From IMG/VR virus record IMGVR_UViG_2545824708_000010, positions 1 through 12,219 of that record: a stretch of DNA of 12,219 bases. One strand, written 5' to 3'. The notes beneath the pieces were generated by a model. It did not search any database, had not been told where the DNA came from, and saw only the letters and a program-made list of their open reading frames with translations. Positions 6,549 to 12,219 of this stretch are shown piece after piece (the stretch's first letter is position 1; each line of letters opens with the position of its first letter). The position numbers and the translations under genes were made by a program. Source of the DNA: a virus. Lineage: Duplodnaviria; Heunggongvirae; Uroviricota; Caudoviricetes.

Positions 6549-6941
6549 ATGGGTCAGGAAGAAAAATATGAGCTTAAAAAGCTCATTGAAGAAGACGCCA
6601 TAGAAGAAATTGCAGCATTAACAACAGCTATAAATAATATTAGGTATGCGCTAAATACGCTTATCTCCTCATGCGACAAAAATAGCAGGGAATTTTTGAT
6701 ACTTGGCGCAGCTCTAGGAATAGTTGATGCGGCAACGCTTCACCTAATTACTCATGACGATATTCTTATTGAGCCGTATGAAACATTACTGCTTGTCAGG
6801 CAAAAAATGGCTGATGCCGCAGCAAATGGAGACCTTCAACTTTACATCGACTTAAGGAAAGTATTAAGGCGAATGGTCAGAACTGAAGGAGATATCCCAC
6901 TGAGCGATGCTAAACAAGGCATACAAGCAAAGCTGGAATGA
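6549..6941 (+). CDS. Hypothetical protein (130 aa) in the early-left operon
   Basis: ATG at 6549 with a GAGG ribosome-binding site, starting 3 nt after the N stop. The ORF-track start at 6465 would overlap N. No motif recognised. Confidence 0.6.
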   Translation: MGQEEKYELKKLIEEDAIEEIAALTTAINNIRYALNTLISSCDKNSREFLILGAALGIVDAATLHLITHDDILIEPYETLLLVRQKMADAAANGDLQLYIDLRKVLRRMVRTEGDIPLSDAKQGIQAKLE

Positions 6942-7001
6942 CCATTATCCTGATGAAGTATCGAAAGCACAGTCAGCAATTAGCAAAGCTCTTGGGGAAG
7001 A

Positions 7002-7163
7002 ATGATGAATAAGAAATACATTGTTGAAGTTATAGAGCGAGAAACGAAAGAAGTAATCAAACATTTCGAATTTGATAATTATAGAAAACCTGACCGCGTA
7101 GAAGAAGGATTGTTGCGACAAAGTAATCTCGAAAAATTTGATGTTGTCATGCGATGCGAATAA
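7002..7163 (+). CDS. Hypothetical small protein (53 aa)
   Basis: ATG at 7002 preceded by GGGGAAG. Translates MMNKKYIVEVIERETKEVIKHFEFDNYRKPDRVEEGLLRQSNLEKFDVVMRCE. Below the ORF-track cutoff. Confidence 0.4.
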   Translation: MMNKKYIVEVIERETKEVIKHFEFDNYRKPDRVEEGLLRQSNLEKFDVVMRCE

Positions 7164-7256
7164 GCGCCTATAGCAGATTTACGAGTCTGCTATGTGAGCA
7201 ATGTCGCTCGTAACTAAACAGGAGCCGACTTGTTCTGATTATTGGAAATCTTCTTT

Positions 7257-7281
7257 GCCCTCCAGTGTGAGGGCCTTTTTA
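7257..7281 (+). terminator. Intrinsic terminator (tL-like) in the early-left operon
   Basis: Stem GCCCTC/GAGGGC (7257-7262 and 7269-7274), 6-nt loop, followed by CTTTTTAT. Confidence 0.55.
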
Positions 7282-7346
7282 TATGCATACCAATAACGCT
7301 TCACTCGAGGCGTTTTCGTTATGCAATCAAACAGAAGGAGCATCCT

Positions 7347-7517
7347 ATGCAACAGTTCGCTATTGCAGGGGCGGCATCGGTTCGCCCTTTCAACCCGATT
7401 TTATCGGTACAGCATTCACGAAAAAATATTTTAACCGGAGCAGACTTTAAACAACCAAGAATGAAAAGCTTGCTCGAAAAGCTTTGGGATATTTTGAAAC
7501 AACAAGGCCGTCCATGA
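7347..7517 (+). CDS. cIII: CIII-like small protein (56 aa; candidate FtsH inhibitor that stabilises CII)
   Basis: Strong AAGGAG ribosome-binding site 6 nt upstream. N-terminus MQQFAIAGAA and SLLEKLWDILKQQGRP resemble recalled lambda CIII (MQYAIAGWPVAG...SLLERITRKLRDGWKRLIDILNQPG). Position after N fits. The ORF-track start at 7242 is judged to be upstream read-through. Confidence 0.5.
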   Translation: MQQFAIAGAASVRPFNPILSVQHSRKNILTGADFKQPRMKSLLEKLWDILKQQGRP

Positions 7518-7543
7518 GTTTTACCAATAAGGGGAGCAAGTAA

Positions 7544-8635
7544 ATGGCTATTCAGACTAAAACATTGCAGGTACGCGTCAAAGACCGCCACGCCGCCTTG
7601 TTGCGTCAGATGGCCTTTGAAGTGAACCAAGTTTTTAACTTTATCAATGAAATGACTGCGACTGAATACAGCACTGTCAGCGAATACGGACCAAAACAAA
7701 GAGTTTGGTTAACTGAATTTGACGTAGATAAACGCATTGCTGGTATTCAAAAGGAGCGCGGATACCACATACAAGCAGCTACTTGTCAGGAAATCTCAAA
7801 ACATCACGCTAAAGCGCGTAAACAGTTTAAACGCAGTAAGCTGCGCTGGCGTAAAAGTGGCGGTGCTGGGCGTAGTCTTGGTTGGGTTCCGTTCAAAGGT
7901 GCTCAAGTGAAATGGGTAAACGGCTGCATCAAGTTTGCCGGGCACTATTTCAAAGTGTGGGATAGCTATGGATTAAATGGCTTTAAATTCCGTGCTGGTA
8001 ACTTTGCAGAAGATGCGCGCGGTCGCTGGTATTTCAATGTTGCAGTTGAATACGAATGCGAACCAACTAAAGGCACTGCCGACGTGGGTATCGATCTTGG
8101 TCTGAAAGACATTGCCACCACTTCGGATGGTGAAAAACTTCCTGCTAAACGTTGGTATCGTGAATTAGAAGGCAAATTAAAAATTGCTCAACGTGCCCAT
8201 AATAAAAAACGTGTTAGAGCTATCCACGCAAAAATCAAAAATCGCCGTAAAGATGCACACCATAAGTTTTCTACGGCGCTGGTTAATAAATACGCCGCTA
8301 TTTTTGTAGGCGACGTAAGCAGTAAAAAGTTATCAAAAACAAATTTGGCAAAAAGTATCTACGACGCCGGCTGGTGTCAGCTAAAAAATCAGATTCAGTA
8401 TAAAGCGATTGCGCGGAGTGTGGTTTTTGAGGTCGTAGATGAAGCGTACACCACCCAGACTTGCTCGTGCTGCGGAGCTATTAGCTGCAGTAGTCCGAAG
8501 GGTAGGGTAGGCCTTGGAATAAGAGAATGGATCTGCGTGGAATGTGGTGAACTCCACGACCGCGACGTAAACGCGGCAAAGAACATTCTCGCGGCGGGAC
8601 ATCGCCGTCTCGAAGGAGGAATCCACGCCCTTTAG
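7544..8635 (+). CDS. tnpB: TnpB-family protein (IS200/IS605 OrfB-type RNA-guided nuclease fold)
   Basis: 363 aa with a GGGGAG ribosome-binding site. RuvC-I VGIDLGLKDIATTSDG; an acidic residue in IFVGDVSS at the RuvC-II position; C4 zinc finger CSCCG...CVECG; RuvC-III HDRDVNAAKNI. Confidence 0.9.
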   Translation: MAIQTKTLQVRVKDRHAALLRQMAFEVNQVFNFINEMTATEYSTVSEYGPKQRVWLTEFDVDKRIAGIQKERGYHIQAATCQEISKHHAKARKQFKRSKLRWRKSGGAGRSLGWVPFKGAQVKWVNGCIKFAGHYFKVWDSYGLNGFKFRAGNFAEDARGRWYFNVAVEYECEPTKGTADVGIDLGLKDIATTSDGEKLPAKRWYRELEGKLKIAQRAHNKKRVRAIHAKIKNRRKDAHHKFSTALVNKYAAIFVGDVSSKKLSKTNLAKSIYDAGWCQLKNQIQYKAIARSVVFEVVDEAYTTQTCSCCGAISCSSPKGRVGLGIREWICVECGELHDRDVNAAKNILAAGHRRLEGGIHAL

Positions 8636-8643
8636 GGCGTGGA
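8622..8643 (+). other. Perfect hairpin at the tnpB stop codon (candidate right-end or guide-RNA scaffold element)
   Basis: TCCACGCCC-TTTA-GGGCGTGGA, a 9-bp perfect stem around a 4-nt loop that contains the TAG stop. Confidence 0.5.
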
Positions 8644-8901
8644 GGATGTCAAAGATAACTGGTCAGACAAAGAATTCATTCGTCAGATGAAAGAATTAAT
8701 CGGTAACGAAGGAGATATGCATGTCACTTGCAACCACAGTGAAGGAGAGCAAGTTACAGAGACGCATGTACACGCAGAAAGCTCTCTGGTATCGCCATAA
8801 TGGCGACCGCGAAGGAATGCGGGTATGCCTTAATTTGTCCCGAGTCGAAGTATTAAATCAGCGTTATTTCCTTGGGCCATGTCCATTCTGAGAACAATCA
8901 T

Positions 8902-9507
8902 ATGAGCAAAGAATTTTACGCAAGACTGGCAGCTATTCAGGAGAATCTGAACGCGCCAAAGAATCAGTACAACTCATTCGGCAAATATAAATACAGAAGC
9001 TGCGAAGACATTCTTGAAGGCGTTAAGCCGTTACTGAATGGCCTGTTTTTATCAATCAGCGATGAAGTTGTGCTGATTGGTGATCGGTATTACGTGAAAG
9101 CCACGGCAACTATTACCGATGGCGAAAACAGCCATACGGCAACCGCTCTTGCACGAGAGGAAGAAAGCAAGAAAGGAATGGATTCTGCACAAGTTACGGG
9201 AGCTACAAGCTCTTATGCACGCAAGTATTGCCTCAATGGTTTGTTCGGCATTGATGATGCGAAAGATGCAGATACCGACGAGCATAAACATCAGCAGAAC
9301 GCAGCAGCAAAGCAATCAAAACCATCACCTACACCTGAACAGGTTCTAAAAGCATTCACTGACGCAGCATTGCAGAAAAACACCGTAGAAGAGCTTAAAC
9401 AGGCGTTCGCCAAAGCGTGGAAGATGCTCGAAGGCACACCGGAGCAGCACAAAGCACAGGACGTTTACAACATCAGACGAGACGAATTAGAAGGAGCGGC
9501 TGCTTAA
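8902..9507 (+). CDS. erf: Erf-family single-strand annealing recombinase (P22 Erf-like)
   Basis: From the first ATG: MSKEFYARLAAIQENLNAPKNQYNSFGKYKYRSCEDILEG..., which matches my recollection of P22 Erf. Its stop overlaps the ssb start (TAATG). The ORF-track start at 8872 is a TTG. Confidence 0.8.
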   Translation: MSKEFYARLAAIQENLNAPKNQYNSFGKYKYRSCEDILEGVKPLLNGLFLSISDEVVLIGDRYYVKATATITDGENSHTATALAREEESKKGMDSAQVTGATSSYARKYCLNGLFGIDDAKDADTDEHKHQQNAAAKQSKPSPTPEQVLKAFTDAALQKNTVEELKQAFAKAWKMLEGTPEQHKAQDVYNIRRDELEGAAA

Positions 9508-9890
9508 TGGCACATTCGATTACTGTAAGACTAAACAAGCCCGCAAGAGAGTTTCAGGCCGGGGAAAATATCGGATTCAACATCCGTGCTGGCGTTCAGT
9601 ATTACGATCGCCAGACAAAAAAGAAAGAATGGACAAACTACAGCGCCGTTGTATTTGCCAAGCCGGGAGCGCAAGCGGATTACTACCGTAGTGTTCTTGT
9701 TGAAGGTGGCATTGTGGAAATTACCGGAGAAAACATCAGGGTTGATGTTTATCAGGGGCAAAATGGTCAATCAATCACTCTTGAATTACTGAATGCAAAG
9801 ATTGGATTTGCAACTTCAGGAAACAGCCAACAGCAGCAAAGTAGCAATCATCAAAATCATCCTGAATACGACGATTCAATTCCCTTCTAG
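9507..9890 (+). CDS. ssb: Single-stranded DNA-binding protein (short phage SSB)
   Basis: 127 aa. Predicted OB-fold N-terminus, a Q/S/N-rich linker and a C-terminal acidic tail DDSIPF (E. coli SSB ends DDDIPF). Translationally coupled to erf. Confidence 0.8.
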   Translation: MAHSITVRLNKPAREFQAGENIGFNIRAGVQYYDRQTKKKEWTNYSAVVFAKPGAQADYYRSVLVEGGIVEITGENIRVDVYQGQNGQSITLELLNAKIGFATSGNSQQQQSSNHQNHPEYDDSIPF

Positions 9891-9913
9891 ATTAGCAAAA
9901 TAAGGATTCCATT

Positions 9914-10207
9914 ATGCCAGCGCCTCTGTATGGTGCGGATGACCCGCGCCGCTGTTCCGGCAATTCCGTATCGGAGGTGCTGGATAAATTCAGAAAAAAC
10001 TACGATCGAATAATGTCTCTACCGCAGGAAACGAAAGAGGAAAAGGAGTTTCGCCACTGCATATGGCTTGCAGAGAAAGAAGAACGAGAGCGAATTTACC
10101 AGACATCAATCCGACCATTCCGCAAAGCCACATATACCCACTTCCCTGAAATCGACCCGCGCCTGCGTAATTACCGCTCACGCTATGGCGCTATCAGTAA
10201 TGACTGA
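9914..10207 (+). CDS. abc2: Abc2-like protein (candidate anti-RecBCD function)
   Basis: 97 aa with an AAGGA ribosome-binding site. Size and position immediately after erf/ssb match P22 abc2. The sequence identity is from uncertain recollection. Confidence 0.5.
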   Translation: MPAPLYGADDPRRCSGNSVSEVLDKFRKNYDRIMSLPQETKEEKEFRHCIWLAEKEERERIYQTSIRPFRKATYTHFPEIDPRLRNYRSRYGAISND

Positions 10208-10217
10208 GGAATTAACA

Positions 10218-10508
10218 ATGAAAACAATGAAGCTAAACATCGACCTCGGAAAATACGTTATTACCGGAACAAAACACGATCTGATTCTTAGCGAAAGAGG
10301 AATTATCAAAGAAGGCGAGAATGCAGGGAAAGAAACACTAAGCCGTATCGGTTATTACAGCAAGTTTGAGCATCTGGTTAAAGAGTTATGCAACCGTGAA
10401 ATCCTGTTATCTCAGGCGCAGACGCTACAGGATATTCAGCAGCATATCGAGACTTTAGGTGTGTCACTTAGCATGGCTATTGACCAGTTCGTGGAGAGTA
10501 AATCATGA
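10218..10508 (+). CDS. Hypothetical protein (96 aa) at the abc1 position
   Basis: ATG at 10218 with a GAGG ribosome-binding site 8 nt upstream. The ORF-track start at 10068 would overlap abc2. Confidence 0.5.
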   Translation: MKTMKLNIDLGKYVITGTKHDLILSERGIIKEGENAGKETLSRIGYYSKFEHLVKELCNREILLSQAQTLQDIQQHIETLGVSLSMAIDQFVESKS

Positions 10509-10666
10509 GAGGTCTTGCATACAATCCCGGCATTCTTCCGGCAGAAATGATTATTCGCCAACGCGTATAAGCCAATGCCATCGAGAGAGGAATTGCTTAA
10601 GAGAAATTCTTTTCCATCAGTGAATCAAAACAAATATCTGAATGCGATGTGGCGGAGTGGGAAGAA

Positions 10667-11110
10667 ATGAAACAAATGTCACTAATTGAGATGGATGGAT
10701 TTCTGAAAGGTAAATGCATCCCAAGTGATTTAAAGGTTAACGAAACAAACGCTGAATATCTGGTGCGTAAGTTCGGTGAACTTGAATCAAAACTAGAAAC
10801 AGCGTTGCGTGAGTGTCGTTCTGCTGGAATCACGATTGATAACCTTGAGGCCAAGTGCGCGGCGCTGGCTGTGGAGAATGCGGGGATGAAAGAATATCTA
10901 GCTCCAGTAGGGTTAGTGGTAGAGGGAACCCCAGCCACCGACGCCTTCCTGGCTGAAGTGCGGGCGCAGGGTGTGGAGATGGCTCGTAACGCGATGATTG
11001 ATTTTGTTGATGGTGAAGTTGGGCCAAACAAGAACGTTCCGGGGCTGATTAGAGGCGCAGAGATATGCGTAAGTATTGCTGCCCAGCTTCGCAAAGGAGG
11101 CAACCAATGA
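10667..11110 (+). CDS. Hypothetical protein (147 aa)
   Basis: ATG at 10667 with a GGAG ribosome-binding site. The ORF-track start at 10649 is a GTG. Stop overlaps the next gene's start. Confidence 0.55.
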   Translation: MKQMSLIEMDGFLKGKCIPSDLKVNETNAEYLVRKFGELESKLETALRECRSAGITIDNLEAKCAALAVENAGMKEYLAPVGLVVEGTPATDAFLAEVRAQGVEMARNAMIDFVDGEVGPNKNVPGLIRGAEICVSIAAQLRKGGNQ

Positions 11111-11388
11111 GCGTAATCCAGTACGTAGTTAGAGATGCAGGCACGTTTCCTGAGGATGCGTTTTTTCTCGATCCTCGACACATCGATGAGCTCATTTCTG
11201 AGTGGGAATTGGAATGCTTGTCTCAGGATGCCTCCCTTGATTATTTTGACAATCATGACGGCTTGGAATCTGACTGGCCGTTGGATATCGAGCTATTCAT
11301 TGACGGTGAGAGCGTAGGTGTATTCACGGTTGAAATGGAACATGTACCTCAATTCAGCGCAAGAAAAATACCGGAGGCCGCCCAATGA
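11107..11388 (+). CDS. Hypothetical acidic protein (93 aa)
   Basis: ATG at 11107 with an AGGAGG ribosome-binding site. ATGA overlap with the following gene. Confidence 0.55.
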   Translation: MSVIQYVVRDAGTFPEDAFFLDPRHIDELISEWELECLSQDASLDYFDNHDGLESDWPLDIELFIDGESVGVFTVEMEHVPQFSARKIPEAAQ

Positions 11389-11915
11389 GCAACATCGACA
11401 AACGCGCATTACGTCATAGCGCAGAAAGCATAATCGGCATTCTGGAAAACATTGCCGGGTTCGAACCATCTGATATCGACGGCGACTCTGTAGAGCTCCG
11501 CTTTGAAACTGAGGACGGTTTCGATACTGGTTGTGACGTTAGCATTGTTGACCAGTGCCAGAAAACCGCTGATGTAGTTCGGGCGCTGCTGGATGAGCTG
11601 GAAAGAAACCAGCAATACATCAAACGCCGCGATCAGGAGAACGAGGATATTGCGCTAACGGTAGGGAAGCTGCGCGTTGAGCTTGAAGCAGCAAAATCAA
11701 AACTCAACGAGCAGCGTGAATATTACGAGGGAGTAATCGCGGATGGAAGTAAGCGCATAGCAGAACTGGAGGAGCGGGAAATACTGCTCCCGGAACGTAG
11801 CAGCATGCTTCATCGAACAGATTTTCACGAGGATTACCAAACGGTAATGGCATACAAAGTTTCTGAAGTCATCGATGCAATCCGCGCTACTGGCATTCGC
11901 ATCAAAGGAGAGTGA
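11385..11915 (+). CDS. Hypothetical protein (176 aa) with probable coiled-coil segment
   Basis: ORF-track ORF, translationally coupled to the preceding gene. Central heptad-like stretch ELERNQQYIKRRDQENEDIALTVGKLRVELEAAKSKLNEQREYYEG. Confidence 0.6.
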   Translation: MSNIDKRALRHSAESIIGILENIAGFEPSDIDGDSVELRFETEDGFDTGCDVSIVDQCQKTADVVRALLDELERNQQYIKRRDQENEDIALTVGKLRVELEAAKSKLNEQREYYEGVIADGSKRIAELEEREILLPERSSMLHRTDFHEDYQTVMAYKVSEVIDAIRATGIRIKGE

Positions 11916-11916
11916 T

Positions 11917-12219
11917 ATGAGCGCTATAACCAAAGAACGTGTCGAATTATTCATTAAAAATCCGCTTGATAACGGACTTACCCGTGGCGAACAAATGGAA
12001 CTGGCACGAATTGCACTGGCATCGCTGGAAGCAGATCCAGTTAAACGAGTTAACTCAGATCAGATGCGCCGAGTCTGCTTAGAAGCTAATCGCCATTTAG
12101 ATAAATATGACGCGATGGCGAAAGAGGTAAATAAGTTGCTTGGACGCATCGCCCCGCCAGCGCCGGTAGTGCCGGAAGAAGCAACTCCGGAAAACGTAGA
12201 AATGCTCTCTGGCTATGTT
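11917..12219 (+). CDS. Hypothetical protein, 5' part only (runs off the right edge of the window)
   Basis: ATG at 11917 with an AAAGGAGAG ribosome-binding site, 2 nt after the previous stop. Open for 101 codons to the window end. Not in the ORF track because it lacks a stop. Confidence 0.5.
   Translation, partial: MSAITKERVELFIKNPLDNGLTRGEQMELARIALASLEADPVKRVNSDQMRRVCLEANRHLDKYDAMAKEVNKLLGRIAPPAPVVPEEATPENVEMLSGYV

Larger units (their letters stand above)
7544..8660 (+). mobile_element. Possible IS200/IS605-family (TnpB-only) element or its domesticated remnant; boundaries not determined
   Basis: TnpB is the hallmark of this IS family. However only 26 bp separate the cIII stop from the tnpB start, leaving no room for a left end. 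A perfect 9-bp inverted repeat straddles the tnpB stop (8622-8643). Confidence 0.3.

Noticed and set aside
7242-7346. N-terminal extension of the cIII-like ORF (ORF-track start at 7242)
   Set aside because: The extension runs across the terminator hairpin and has no ribosome-binding site. The internal ATG at 7347 has a strong AAGGAG site and gives a CIII-sized product.
7319-7699. Minus-strand ORF of 126 aa
   Set aside because: Antisense to cIII and the 5' end of tnpB. No support.
7966-8626. Minus-strand ORFs inside tnpB (7966-8175, 8381-8626, 8395-8586)
   Set aside because: Antisense to a strongly supported CDS.
8687-8800. 37-aa ORF (MKELIGNEGDMHVTCNHSEGEQVTETHVHAESSLVSP) downstream of tnpB
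   Set aside because: No ribosome-binding site and no recognisable similarity. The region is treated as non-coding (candidate guide-RNA or right-end region), though a kil/arf remnant cannot be excluded.
9052-9349. ORFs 9052-9315 (minus) and 9119-9349 (plus)
   Set aside because: They overlap erf in other frames or on the other strand.
9531-9792. ORFs 9531-9770 (minus) and 9586-9792 (plus)
   Set aside because: They overlap the ssb gene, whose SSB C-terminal tail motif anchors the correct frame.
10597-11256. Minus-strand ORF of 219 aa
   Set aside because: Ser/Pro/Ala-rich low-complexity translation, antisense to two coupled plus-strand genes with good ribosome-binding sites.

Overview
This window reads as the immunity/early region of a lambdoid (lambda/P22-mosaic) enterobacterial phage or prophage, in the opposite orientation to the usual lambda map. 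On the minus strand sits the PR operon: cro, nutR, cII, a small ORF, an O-like replication initiator carrying the ori iterons, a DnaB-family helicase, a tR2-like terminator, then nin-region genes (small membrane protein, unknown ORF, NinB, and the 5' part of a Dam-like adenine methyltransferase). On the plus strand sit the cI repressor with a cotranscribed small membrane protein, OL/PL, nutL, an N-like antiterminator, two unknown genes, a terminator, a cIII-like ORF, a TnpB-family gene, Erf, SSB, an Abc2-like gene and a block of tightly coupled unknown ORFs. The most interesting candidate is the TnpB-family gene wedged 26 bp after cIII with about 265 bp of structured non-coding sequence behind it. 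A second candidate is the membrane protein cotranscribed with cI. All calls come from reading the sequence and ORF track by eye and from recalled family motifs; no database search was run.
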